Part shown: in pieces, positions 31,858 through 41,374 of the stretch | How positions within the stretch are numbered: the stretch's first letter is position 1 | Layout of the letters: the number at the start of each line of letters is the position of its first letter | IMG/VR virus record: IMGVR_UViG_3300027770_000027 | Coordinates: 124,001-188,000 of that record | Direction: 5' to 3' (one strand) | Length of the DNA stretch: 64,000 nt | Program-made: the position numbers and the translations under genes | The notes under the pieces: generated by a model | The model's database searches: none | What the model was told of the DNA's origin: nothing | The model's input: only the letters and a program-made list of their open reading frames with translations

Positions 31858-32454
31858 ATGATCAGTAAATTTAATAAATTTGAAACTCTTTTTGAGAATG
31901 CCTTTTCTGCCTTTTCTAACGGAGGATTTAGAGAAGGGACTCCGGTAATATTATTACCCAGTTTCCTTAGGAGTTCTTATTTCAGGAAGCATTACAGTGG
32001 CCATCCAAAATTTGTCAAATTTTTAAAACAATTAATAACTGACAAAGTTATGTTTTTCATTAAACACGTAGCAGGGTCAAAGGCTGGAGAAAATGTCAAA
32101 GATGCAAATGACAATGAGGGTGCTGGCAATGTTTATGTGATTTTAAAAACAGATGCCAGAACCGTTCAATGGCCTACAGAATTTAATGATTTTACAGTTC
32201 CAGGAGATTTTGATTTAATGCAAATTGTTGATAATGGAATTAATTTGCCTCCGGTTCAAGGTGTTCCTAATAGATACGAAAGGGCGGGATACACAACTGC
32301 AAAAGTTTATAAAATGGAATCAGATATTGATAATCATCCTCAAGATGATCAGACTGCTACCAAAAATACAGTTTTACCTCATACCTCACCGGAGAGAGAT
32401 AAGAAGTTAAAAACTGTAAGCCCTAAACCCTATAAGAGGAGTTCTAATTCTTAA
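31858..32454 (+). CDS. Hypothetical protein (possible internal head protein)
   Basis: 198-aa ORF; N-terminal KFETLFE. Confidence 0.65.
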   Translation: MISKFNKFETLFENAFSAFSNGGFREGTPVILLPSFLRSSYFRKHYSGHPKFVKFLKQLITDKVMFFIKHVAGSKAGENVKDANDNEGAGNVYVILKTDARTVQWPTEFNDFTVPGDFDLMQIVDNGINLPPVQGVPNRYERAGYTTAKVYKMESDIDNHPQDDQTATKNTVLPHTSPERDKKLKTVSPKPYKRSSNS

Positions 32455-33379
32455 AAGAATTTTCTAAAGCAAGAACACAGCAGAAGAAATTAATTTCTTT
32501 GTCTAGTACCTGACAATCTCTGTACATATATTCACCGAGTTCTAACATGGCGGCTTTTTTTACTGGTGCTAGTATATCTAGGTTATATACCAATTCAAAG
32601 ATTTCTTTCATCAATTGCTGATAATCCGCATTAAAGGTCTTTTCTGCTTCTATAATTTTTTTGCGAATTTCTAATGTTGAAATTTTATTAATCAAAGAAG
32701 TAATTACATGATTTGCCAGGTCTGTAATTTGATTTTCTTCAGAAATAATCAGGCTTCCTGAAATAGAAAACTTTTGCAGATCATTAATGGTTCTACGCAG
32801 ATCTGTTCCGTTCTTTTCAATCAATTTAAGAAGTCTATATTTTTGTTTTTCTTCTATTGAAATTTTTTCAGACTTAAGAATATCAACACAACGTTGTACA
32901 ATACTCTTAAGATCTGGTATCAACTTAAATAACAAACATCTAGAAGTAATTGGTTCTACAATACGATTTAAGTAATTTGCAGTAAGAATAAACCTGGTAG
33001 TGTCTGCGTATTCTTCCATCACATTACGAAGAATGCGCAGACTTTCTCCTGTTAGACCATCTGCTTCTTCCAAGATCACTACCTTCTTGTTTCCGTCAAT
33101 GGAACGTGTCTGTGCAAAACTGATAACTTTATTTCTGATAGTATCAATACCATTTTCATCACTTGCATTGATATACAAATATTGACATTTAAGAAGAGAT
33201 TTTACTATCACTTTTGCCATGGTACTTTTACCAGTACCGGGGGGTCCATAAAACAAAATATGAGGAGTGTCTTCATTAAGACTTTTAAAGTGTTCTTTAA
33301 TTTCATCCGAAAGAATAACTTCATCTAAATTTTGTGGACGATATTTTTCGACCCAAAGTGTTGTGTAATGACTAGACAT
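32444..33379 (-). CDS. gp44: Sliding-clamp loader ATPase subunit (gp44 / RFC-small-like)
   Basis: WVEKYRP, GPPGTGKS, NASDENGID, SRC motifs. Confidence 0.95.
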   Translation of the reverse strand: MSSHYTTLWVEKYRPQNLDEVILSDEIKEHFKSLNEDTPHILFYGPPGTGKSTMAKVIVKSLLKCQYLYINASDENGIDTIRNKVISFAQTRSIDGNKKVVILEEADGLTGESLRILRNVMEEYADTTRFILTANYLNRIVEPITSRCLLFKLIPDLKSIVQRCVDILKSEKISIEEKQKYRLLKLIEKNGTDLRRTINDLQKFSISGSLIISEENQITDLANHVITSLINKISTLEIRKKIIEAEKTFNADYQQLMKEIFELVYNLDILAPVKKAAMLELGEYMYRDCQVLDKEINFFCCVLALENSFKN

Positions 33380-33381
33380 AA

Positions 33382-33834
33382 TTATTTTCCGGAGTCTCCA
33401 AAACCAGATGCTCCTCTATCAGTTTCTTCTTTATTAGATTCCCAGTAAGGTTCTAGACTGACAAGTGGAAAATATGCAATTTGAGCAACTCTGTCTCCTT
33501 TACCCACTGGATAATCTTTGTCTGAGAAATTGTAAAGTTTTACTCCAAGATCTCCTCGGTAACCGTTATCAATGACTCCAAGATGAGGTTGGATACCATG
33601 TTGAAATCCAAGACCTGATCGAGGAAGAATTAAATACCAGACACCAATAGGAGTTTTAGCTACGGTTAAACCTGTAGGAACAATAGCATCTCCCTTGGCT
33701 GGAATGATTACGTCTTCAATAGCAAATAAATCATAACCAGTATCTCCGGGACGCTTTTTGAAAGGTAATTTGGCATCTGGATGGGATTTTGTAAATCCAA
33801 TTTTAATAGGTTCTAGGTAATTTATATCTGACAT
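33382..33834 (-). CDS. dut: dUTPase (trimeric family)
   Basis: GYDL, PRSGL, GVIDNGYRG, RGASGFGDSG motifs. Confidence 0.95.
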   Translation of the reverse strand: MSDINYLEPIKIGFTKSHPDAKLPFKKRPGDTGYDLFAIEDVIIPAKGDAIVPTGLTVAKTPIGVWYLILPRSGLGFQHGIQPHLGVIDNGYRGDLGVKLYNFSDKDYPVGKGDRVAQIAYFPLVSLEPYWESNKEETDRGASGFGDSGK

Positions 33835-33887
33835 GGCAATTATAGGTGTTGTTGTAAATATTATAATTCAACGTTTTCTTTTATCAC

Positions 33888-34358
33888 ATGGAATCTTCAC
33901 CAGAAATACAAAATATCATAGACGAACTTCGCTCAGATTCCGTTCAAGGCGCTGTAGCTATTAATATAGAACCTCAAAAACCAGAAATTATACGTGATGA
34001 TACCGTAAATGCCTATGTATATGAAAAAACTGCTGAGGTTATTCAAGCGGGTTTAGAGGCTATTAACGGTCTTAAAAATAATATCATGATGGGAGCAGAT
34101 CCTAAGGAAGTTTCTGCTCTGGCTCAATTAATAGGAGCAACTACAAAAGCTATAGATTCTCTCAACACTTTAAATTTGCAACAAAAACAGGCTGCAACTG
34201 CGGTAGAACTTAAAAAGATGGATATTGCCGGTAAAAAAGAAATTGTTTCAAAACTACCAGCCGCTAATAACATTCTTATTGCAACCCGAGATGAGGTTAT
34301 ATCTAGAATGATGGATAAACCAAAGAGGTCTTCTTTAGATCTAATTGAAAACGACTAA
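33888..34358 (+). CDS. Probable terminase small subunit (gp16-like)
   Basis: Helical EVSALAQLI and NNILIAT resemble T4-like gp16; TAAATA at 33855-33860. Confidence 0.55.
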   Translation: MESSPEIQNIIDELRSDSVQGAVAINIEPQKPEIIRDDTVNAYVYEKTAEVIQAGLEAINGLKNNIMMGADPKEVSALAQLIGATTKAIDSLNTLNLQQKQAATAVELKKMDIAGKKEIVSKLPAANNILIATRDEVISRMMDKPKRSSLDLIEND

Positions 34359-34822
34359 GCCTGCGGATCAGGAGGCAGCTGTATTCCACGTTCTTTAGCA
34401 ACTTCTACCATTTTAGCCAAATATTGGCTCATAGAAGCTGGTCTTTTTCCTCCGTGTTGAAAATCATTCTTTCTATGAGTCAAATCTTTATATACGGCTA
34501 TGAATTTTGCAGGAGCCAAATCATTTAGGTCTGTGTCTTTGTCTTCAGCTGTAAATTTAGATCTGTTTATTTCTAAATAATCTAAAAAATCTTCAAATTT
34601 TTGAGCACTTTCTGGAGAGGAGTTTTTATAACCCAGTTTGGTCATTCTGGTCCAGTTGGCTACCCGACCAAAATTGGCAGAAGAAGGATTTGTCAATAAA
34701 AAAGTCTTAACGTGAGATATTTTACTATCTACATCTTTAATTTTTTTAGCCTCTTCTCTAGTGACTTGCCATTCTGTATTAAATTTGTTAACAGATTCCT
34801 TATAAAAAGACTCAAAATTCAT
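34355..34822 (-). CDS. Hypothetical late protein (possible internal head protein)
   Basis: Starts MNFESFYKES; TAAATA 4 nt upstream. Confidence 0.6.
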   Translation of the reverse strand: MNFESFYKESVNKFNTEWQVTREEAKKIKDVDSKISHVKTFLLTNPSSANFGRVANWTRMTKLGYKNSSPESAQKFEDFLDYLEINRSKFTAEDKDTDLNDLAPAKFIAVYKDLTHRKNDFQHGGKRPASMSQYLAKMVEVAKERGIQLPPDPQA

Positions 34823-34825
34823 ATA

Positions 34826-35359
34826 TTATTTACTTATAAAAAAATACGGAGTTTCCCGCTTGGTCCAAGAAGCTTTTACAATTTTGGAACCAAATTTAAA
34901 TTCTCTCTTGCCTTCGTTGTAGTAATTTTGATATCCCTTTACAGGATCTCCGGGAACAATGCACTGTGGATATGATACCGCAAAACATTGTGGGTGCTCT
35001 GAAAGAAACCCCACTGGAAGATTGGGTGGGTTGTTTCTAACCCAATTTAAAAAATCTTTGCTAAAATGAGGTTTTTCAAATCGATGTAGCCTTTCTTGAT
35101 ACAAACCATCTAGATGTTCTAGAGTCCATGCAAAATTAGACATATTTGTCCTCACCCATTTAGTCATTGGATGGTTGTAGTGCCCATGTTTTCGCGGAGT
35201 TCCTTTTTGAGTACGCGGACAATCACTTTGTGCTAGTCTATCCAGCGGATATGCAGCTGCTAGTAACTGTGTTCCTTCTATAATAATCTTATTAATATGA
35301 AGGTCCTGGTAGTATTTAGCTGCTTTTTTAGGATCTAAATCAAGAATAAACAGATTCAT
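34826..35359 (-). CDS. Pyrimidine-dimer DNA glycosylase-like (DenV family) protein
   Basis: MNLFILDLDP...HINKIIIEGTQLL...HYNHPMTKW; start moved to the MNLF Met. Confidence 0.75.
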   Translation of the reverse strand: MNLFILDLDPKKAAKYYQDLHINKIIIEGTQLLAAAYPLDRLAQSDCPRTQKGTPRKHGHYNHPMTKWVRTNMSNFAWTLEHLDGLYQERLHRFEKPHFSKDFLNWVRNNPPNLPVGFLSEHPQCFAVSYPQCIVPGDPVKGYQNYYNEGKREFKFGSKIVKASWTKRETPYFFISK

Positions 35360-35360
35360 A

Positions 35361-35894
35361 CTACAGATTATCGAAGTATTTGACAATACTGGCAACCCTT
35401 TCTTCTACATTTCCTCTAACTGTGGTCACTTTATTGGAATTTGACAATATTTCTTTCATGTTACCATCCACCCTGTAGCGGTATTCCTCATCTATCTTGC
35501 GATATCCGTCTTCTGGCATATCAAATTCAATAGGAATATAGAAAATTTGATCATATAAATGTTTAAAATGCCAACATTGAGATCTTACTGCCTCCCAACA
35601 ATGATGATTTACCTTTGATTCCATCATATATGCACAGCCATCTACTATACAACGATCAGCAAACCAGCTATAACGCTTTGCAAAATTACTTACATGGCTT
35701 GCTGCAACTACATATTGTACAAATTCTGTACCAGCATCATTAATAGCGTGTCCCATTTCTTTTAATTGTTTAGCATTACTGCTATTATCAATTAATTTTA
35801 GTCCCCATTGATCAAAATATGGATTAATAGCTTGTAGGATGGTAGACTTACCCACTCCATGAGTTCCACAAAATGCGTATCTTTTCAAATTCAT
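35361..35894 (-). CDS. P-loop nucleotide kinase (AAA_28 / NadR-Ttd14-like)
   Basis: GTHGVGKST, DRCIVD, EDGYR. Confidence 0.8.
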   Translation of the reverse strand: MNLKRYAFCGTHGVGKSTILQAINPYFDQWGLKLIDNSSNAKQLKEMGHAINDAGTEFVQYVVAASHVSNFAKRYSWFADRCIVDGCAYMMESKVNHHCWEAVRSQCWHFKHLYDQIFYIPIEFDMPEDGYRKIDEEYRYRVDGNMKEILSNSNKVTTVRGNVEERVASIVKYFDNL

Positions 35895-35930
35895 ACCATA
35901 TATTATCACGTAAAACCGGGAAATCAAAGC

Positions 35931-35965
35931 AAAAAAAACACCCACTCTTTTGGAGTGGGTGTTTT
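35931..35965 (-). terminator. Rho-independent terminator after the major capsid gene
   Basis: AAAACACCCACTC-TTTTG-GAGTGGGTGTTTT hairpin followed by a U8 tract on the minus strand. Confidence 0.9.
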
Positions 35966-35983
35966 AACGATTTTACCGTGCGG

Positions 35984-37456
35984 TTACATGTAGATACGTG
36001 CATTACCTGCTACGTTGTCTGTACTTAGACCACTGACGATGATAACATGGTAGTACAGAGATGCGCCGAAGATATAATCTACGACACCATAACGAGTCAT
36101 CAACCCAACACGTGGGCTGAAGTCGGTAGGACCAACTGTACGCTGAATCATCACAGGGATGTAAGGGCAGTAAACAATACCGGTATCATAATACTCAGTA
36201 CCTTTGTAGCCTAATAGTGCATATTCTAAACCTTTACCTACTGTGTTACGGCCACCCAAGTTTTGTGCTTCTGTGCGAGTATCGCGATAGATGCTGAAAC
36301 GGCCACCAACAGTACCAACCTTGGCGATGCCAGTGGGTTGAGTGTTGACGTTACCGTTAACGGGCATCCATTGGAACTCAGGAAGCATTTCTAGGATTGC
36401 ACAAACACGAGGTGTTGCAACGATGAAATTCGCGGAACCACGGCGGTTACGGATAGCAATACGGTTAGCTTCGACAATGACCTTGGCGTAGAAGTCGCGG
36501 TTGCGTTCTCCTAACCAACGAGCATCAGCGGAAGCGGCATACCAGAAGCTATATCCTGTACCCTTACCAGCGTTCAGAGACAATTGAATCATTCTGACAA
36601 TCATTTCACGGTCAATTTCGGCCTGAATTTCATAGCTCATCGCATTTGTTAATTCAGAGTCAATATCTAGACCATTCATGTTCTTCAAGTCTTGTTCAAG
36701 TTCAACAGACCAGCGAGCTGCGAGACGGCGTGTACCGGCTTCAACTGCAATCTTGGAGAACTCGACAGTTACCTGAGGAATATTACCAGTTAATTCGAAC
36801 TGACTTAGGATAGCAGCGACACCCTTGTCTTCTTCATTCCAGGACCAATCACTGTTACCAGTGAGGGCAGCGGACGAAGTACCGGTGAAGCGAGTATCAA
36901 GGGTTTGGTAACCCAATTCACCGGGTCCTGCGACACGTTGAATTGTAGGGCCACCGACAGTCGCTGCAGTTCCCCAAGGGGTTCCTGCGCCGCCGTTTGC
37001 AACTCCATCAATACCATTTGTACCTAAAGCAGCATTTTCATATCTATAACGCATAGCGAAGGCCATGCCCACTGGACCATTCATAGGCTGAACTCCAACG
37101 ATTTCATTGGTGATCAACTCAGGAAAAGTACGGCGAACCATGGGAATCAAGACTTTAGGCATACGGGCGTCTCCGCCTGCATACCAATCAGATCCTGCTG
37201 GGTTCATTGACCCTCCATAACTACCTGCATTGACGGATCCAAAGACACCACCTGTGCCACCAGCTGTATTGGATGTCTCATTAAGACACCATTTTTCTTG
37301 GTTTTCCATCAAAATGGCTGTAGCCAAACGGCTATGATCATTTTCAATGGGTCTAACTTTATCACTAGAGAAATCAAGCATTGGAGCCCATTTTTCTAGC
37401 AATTGAGTTGCACGGTTGCGGTCGATGTATCCGGGAGCGGAACTTACATTACTCAT
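35984..37456 (-). CDS. gp23: Major capsid protein (T4 gp23-like)
   Basis: LLEKWAP, GVQPMNGP, WSVELEQDL, EIDREMI, YCPYIP, MTRYG. Confidence 0.98.
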   Translation of the reverse strand: MSNVSSAPGYIDRNRATQLLEKWAPMLDFSSDKVRPIENDHSRLATAILMENQEKWCLNETSNTAGGTGGVFGSVNAGSYGGSMNPAGSDWYAGGDARMPKVLIPMVRRTFPELITNEIVGVQPMNGPVGMAFAMRYRYENAALGTNGIDGVANGGAGTPWGTAATVGGPTIQRVAGPGELGYQTLDTRFTGTSSAALTGNSDWSWNEEDKGVAAILSQFELTGNIPQVTVEFSKIAVEAGTRRLAARWSVELEQDLKNMNGLDIDSELTNAMSYEIQAEIDREMIVRMIQLSLNAGKGTGYSFWYAASADARWLGERNRDFYAKVIVEANRIAIRNRRGSANFIVATPRVCAILEMLPEFQWMPVNGNVNTQPTGIAKVGTVGGRFSIYRDTRTEAQNLGGRNTVGKGLEYALLGYKGTEYYDTGIVYCPYIPVMIQRTVGPTDFSPRVGLMTRYGVVDYIFGASLYYHVIIVSGLSTDNVAGNARIYM

Positions 37457-37524
37457 ATGTTTATTTTAACTTTCTATTTCTGTGGATATACTTTCGAGAA
37501 ACACGTCATGCATTTCTCCAACTG

Positions 37525-38418
37525 TTACTTTTTACTGAAAGACTTGAGTCCTTCTACGTAAAGATTTACTGGGTCAGCAGATTGGGCTGATTCCCTGATG
37601 ATTTCCTGAGCTTTGGGAACTTTAGCATCTTTAGATACTGCTGTCTTTACGGCTTCGGACATCAAATTGTTTGAGGTCGAACGATCTTCTCGTTCAAACA
37701 TACTGACAACATACTGAAAATTTTCTTTAATGTATTCAGGTGTTTTGTCACTTAAAATTTTAGTAATGAATTCTTTCTTGGAAGAAGGCATCCCTTTTGT
37801 TTTTTGTTCAATCAATAAAGAAGCTTTGGTGTTCTTTAGATTTTCATTAAGTCCAATGTTTTCTTTGTAAGATTCATTGAGCTTGGCTTGTAAATTATCA
37901 ATCTTGGATTTACCTTGAATCACAATCTTCTTGAAATCTTCATTCAATGATGCGGGGTCAAAAGAAATAATCTTTTTAATCTGTTCTAATTGTTGTCGAG
38001 CAGACACATTTGCGACTGCTTCTGCTAATTGTTCTTTGGGTACAATTTTATCCAGATACAAATCTAAATAATTGCTCATCTCGGAAACAATTTTAGTACT
38101 GAAGGCTTCAGCCTTTTCATTTACGGCTGTACGATAGTAATTAACTACGTTTTGAAGTTTTTCAGCGTGGTTTTGACTAACAGCTTCAACCACATGTTTT
38201 AGTTTGCCGAGGTGGTCCGCGTCAATGGCTTCCAATAAAGTTTTTAATTTGGTAGCATGGTTTTCGTCTTGTTCACTCAAAGCCTTTTCGACTTCTAGTC
38301 CAACACGAGAGGAAACCTTTTCATTGACAGCCTGATTAAAGGCTTCTGCAATGGCTGTGGCAGTGTCCTCGCTCAGTACGGAATTGTCGATTGATTTAAG
38401 AATAGCAGATATATTCAT
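37525..38418 (-). CDS. gp22: Prohead scaffold protein (gp22-like)
   Basis: Coiled-coil ORF immediately upstream of gp23; AFNQAVNEKV, NYLDLY. Confidence 0.85.
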   Translation of the reverse strand: MNISAILKSIDNSVLSEDTATAIAEAFNQAVNEKVSSRVGLEVEKALSEQDENHATKLKTLLEAIDADHLGKLKHVVEAVSQNHAEKLQNVVNYYRTAVNEKAEAFSTKIVSEMSNYLDLYLDKIVPKEQLAEAVANVSARQQLEQIKKIISFDPASLNEDFKKIVIQGKSKIDNLQAKLNESYKENIGLNENLKNTKASLLIEQKTKGMPSSKKEFITKILSDKTPEYIKENFQYVVSMFEREDRSTSNNLMSEAVKTAVSKDAKVPKAQEIIRESAQSADPVNLYVEGLKSFSKK

Positions 38419-38436
38419 ACAATGAGTGTAATAAAG

Positions 38437-38664
38437 TTACTTAGTCTTGCCCATACCCTTTTTAACGGGTTTTTTACTCTTGGATTTAACTGAAGATTTT
38501 TTTAAATCTTTTTTAGGAGCTTTTTTATCTTGTTTCTTTGCTTCCTTTTTAATCTTTGCTGCAAGTTTGGCTTCAACAACTTGTGCTAATGTGGTGTGCG
38601 CAAATGCAAATTGTTTTTCAACCAACTGAGAAATGAACTTAGAAATTAATTGTTTGCTATTCAT
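38437..38664 (-). CDS. Small basic prohead core-like protein
   Basis: 75 aa, Lys-rich tail, lies between protease and scaffold. Confidence 0.6.
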   Translation of the reverse strand: MNSKQLISKFISQLVEKQFAFAHTTLAQVVEAKLAAKIKKEAKKQDKKAPKKDLKKSSVKSKSKKPVKKGMGKTK

Positions 38665-38679
38665 TGTATCTAGAAATAT

Positions 38680-39381
38680 TTATCGTGCTGAAGGTCCCTC
38701 TAATGTTTTAAGAGCATTGATAAAAGCGATTACCTGTTCTTTTAAATAATTTTTTGTTTCTTTGGTTGGAAGAGATGCTATTTTTCGTTCAAACCCTTCG
38801 TAGGCAGGAACAAATTCTCCAGAAGACTCTAATACCCATTGTTTGGCTTCTAAAATGCCGTTTACAAATGCTGTAGGAACAGAAGGATCTGCTACAATAT
38901 CTACAGCCATAATTTTAAAATCTGCAACAGTACTAACTCCATTTTTTTCTGCTACTAATTTACCCAAAGACCTACTAGAAACTCCCAACTTAGCACCATG
39001 TAAAATAAACCCACGAACTAAATTACCTAGTGGCATACCTTCACCGTATAAAATTTTACTCTTTCCTTCAAAAATGTTACCGTTTTGTTTTAAATCGGTT
39101 ACAAGATGACAAGCTCTTTCTAAATTAATTTCCGGAGACTGTGGATGATTTAATTCTCCATAAGCTCTATGATTAGAAATCATTTCAGATTTATATCGGT
39201 CTACTTCTTTGACCATTTCATCTAAGGGATAAATTCTTTTATTTTTATTGGCTTCGTTTGCCATAAGAAAAGGCCCTTGAATAAACATGCTGGAAGGAGA
39301 ATTGCGGTTTTTTTCTTCCACCAAATATTTGACTTCATATGTTGGTTCTTCCACTAGTAAACGGTAAACGTTGTCGCTCAT
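38680..39381 (-). CDS. gp21: Prohead protease (gp21-like)
   Basis: NKNKRIYP, GELNHP, GVSSRSLG, DIVADPS. Confidence 0.95.
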   Translation of the reverse strand: MSDNVYRLLVEEPTYEVKYLVEEKNRNSPSSMFIQGPFLMANEANKNKRIYPLDEMVKEVDRYKSEMISNHRAYGELNHPQSPEINLERACHLVTDLKQNGNIFEGKSKILYGEGMPLGNLVRGFILHGAKLGVSSRSLGKLVAEKNGVSTVADFKIMAVDIVADPSVPTAFVNGILEAKQWVLESSGEFVPAYEGFERKIASLPTKETKNYLKEQVIAFINALKTLEGPSAR

Positions 39382-39433
39382 ATTTGATATTGTTAAATAT
39401 TTATACTTAAAGGGTGTCCTATCAACAATTTGC

Positions 39434-39462
39434 TTGCGCGTCCCTGAAAATACATCTATAAT
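39434..39462 (+). promoter_or_regulatory. Sigma70-like promoter
   Basis: TTGCGC-N17-TATAAT, with ATG at 39470. Confidence 0.6.
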
Positions 39463-39469
39463 TATTTTG

Positions 39470-39697
39470 ATGACAAGTCCAATAAATTCAACAGTTGCTA
39501 GTTACCTTTCAATTAAACCAGTTATGCAAAGTATGAAAACTTTGAATGACCAACTTCCAAAAAATTCACTTCCAGTAGACTCTATGGGCACTATTCAAAG
39601 CAGAGCAGAACAAATTGCTCATCCACAACTTTCAATTTATAATGCTCATGGTATTGTAACTCCAAACTCTCCAAATACTTTGTTGGTTCATGCTTAG
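39470..39697 (+). CDS. Small hypothetical protein (75 aa), opposite to the head module
   Basis: Fills the gap between gp21 and gp4 and has its own promoter. Confidence 0.55.
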   Translation: MTSPINSTVASYLSIKPVMQSMKTLNDQLPKNSLPVDSMGTIQSRAEQIAHPQLSIYNAHGIVTPNSPNTLLVHA

Positions 39698-40161
39698 AGT
39701 TTTTTATTAATATCTTTTTCAGTCATTACAAAAAATAAATAACCGTTCTTTTCACTCCACTTTCTAGCAGCCTCCCATTTGGCGTTGTTGACTATGTATT
39801 GTGTTTGTTCGAAAAGAACGGTTTTTTTACTTTTACGAGGAGTTATTTTGGGAGTTTGTAAGAATTTTTCTGGTTTAATTTCAATTAAAAGTTTTTTTAA
39901 AGATCCGTCTGCTTCTTTGAGACAAACTACTAGATCTACAAAATAACGATGCATTTTATTATCTAGTGGTGAAATGTAGGGAATGATTACAGACTCAGAT
40001 CCCCAAGTTACTACTTTATCATTAGAATCCATCCATCGATATGCTTTTAATTCTAAGCTAGATCTAAAAAATATAGGTACAGATCCTTTATACTTTTGTG
40101 GATTTTGAGGAGAGAATATGCCTTGGTTATATTCTTTGTTTTTATTGAGGTGTTTTCTCAT
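39694..40161 (-). CDS. gp4: Head completion nuclease (T4 gp4 / TnsA-like)
   Basis: FRSSLE, WGSE, HRYFVD, IEIKP, NNAKWEAA. Confidence 0.9.
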   Translation of the reverse strand: MRKHLNKNKEYNQGIFSPQNPQKYKGSVPIFFRSSLELKAYRWMDSNDKVVTWGSESVIIPYISPLDNKMHRYFVDLVVCLKEADGSLKKLLIEIKPEKFLQTPKITPRKSKKTVLFEQTQYIVNNAKWEAARKWSEKNGYLFFVMTEKDINKKL

Positions 40162-40164
40162 TTA

Positions 40165-41364
40165 TTAACCAATAAGAAATGGTATCGGGTCTCTGTCGAT
40201 TAGATCAGAAGTGATTTCTGCTTCTAACTTATCTCTTTCAGATAATCCCTGACTCATTAAATCTGTATAATTGACAGACTGACCTCCAAAAAGAATAGAA
40301 CCAGAAAATTTACCTCTGGTGTGGGCTACTGTGAGTTTGGTTAAAGCTAATGTATACCTATAAACCCATAACTGACTCACAATATCTTTGATGGGTTTCT
40401 GGACAATACATTTGACTAGGCCAAAATACACAGAATTTTGTGTAGGTTCTGGAATAATTTTAAGCATTTGAGTTTCAGGATAAAACCGAAGATATGGTGT
40501 AAGTGCTAATGTTTTTTCTCTGGTTTCTATCCATCCTTTCAAAGCTTGCCAAGTAACTAAATCATAACCCACATTACCCAGCAAATGACCGAAGTATGCT
40601 TGCTGTGCTATCGCGTGTTCTATAGTGAACAAAGTGTTGATTCCCGTGTTACTTCCTTCTTGGAAGGAAGAAACGTCAACAACGCGGCGGTAGTTGTTCA
40701 TATCAAAGTCCCACCCAGTATATCCAAGGCGCATTTCATTGGGAACATTTGCTCCAGAAAGTGTTTGAGTTTGACCGGAGCCATTGACTATTACCACCTT
40801 ATAAGCTCCTGGTGCTGGCGGCAGAGCAAATGTAATTCTTACAGTGTTTGCATCTGGGGTACTAACACTGGGATATACTAAACTATTGGTAGTAGTATCA
40901 TATACATTTACAACGACCGTGGAGTCGTTCATATTATGAACAACATCAAAAGTGCTACGAGATCCGTCACCTATGACCTCATCATGTTCTGATAAGGATA
41001 CAGTAAACATAGGGGGTCCATTATAATCACCAGTTGTAGTATTAGGATCTACTGCAAATAAATCTGGACTTATGTTTAACAATTTACCTATAGCAAGTCC
41101 CTGTTTTGGAGTATATAGATCAGATCTAAAAATTAAAAATTCTTCTGTATTGCCGGCAAATTTGGTAAAATATTCACAAGCAGTGTCTATTATGGTATAA
41201 AGCTGTTCGTCAGAAATTTCTATTTGAACCAACGGATATCCCAACATGCGCTTTACTCTTTCACCAAGTAATTCATAACTGGTTATCCTATTAGTAAAGG
41301 TGGTACTTCCGAATATACCACTTAAAGCTCTGCCGGAAGTTGCAAATGTTGGGATTACTGCCAT
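40165..41364 (-). CDS. gp13: Neck protein (gp13-like) with inserted domain
   Basis: RMLGYPLVQIEI; WVYRYTLAL...RGKFSG...GGQSVN. Confidence 0.85.
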   Translation of the reverse strand: MAVIPTFATSGRALSGIFGSTTFTNRITSYELLGERVKRMLGYPLVQIEISDEQLYTIIDTACEYFTKFAGNTEEFLIFRSDLYTPKQGLAIGKLLNISPDLFAVDPNTTTGDYNGPPMFTVSLSEHDEVIGDGSRSTFDVVHNMNDSTVVVNVYDTTTNSLVYPSVSTPDANTVRITFALPPAPGAYKVVIVNGSGQTQTLSGANVPNEMRLGYTGWDFDMNNYRRVVDVSSFQEGSNTGINTLFTIEHAIAQQAYFGHLLGNVGYDLVTWQALKGWIETREKTLALTPYLRFYPETQMLKIIPEPTQNSVYFGLVKCIVQKPIKDIVSQLWVYRYTLALTKLTVAHTRGKFSGSILFGGQSVNYTDLMSQGLSERDKLEAEITSDLIDRDPIPFLIG

Positions 41365-41374
41365 AATGTACTAC

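Noticed and set aside
35984-37456. Higher GC content in gp23 suggesting foreign origin
   Set aside because: Better explained by high-expression codon bias of the major capsid gene.
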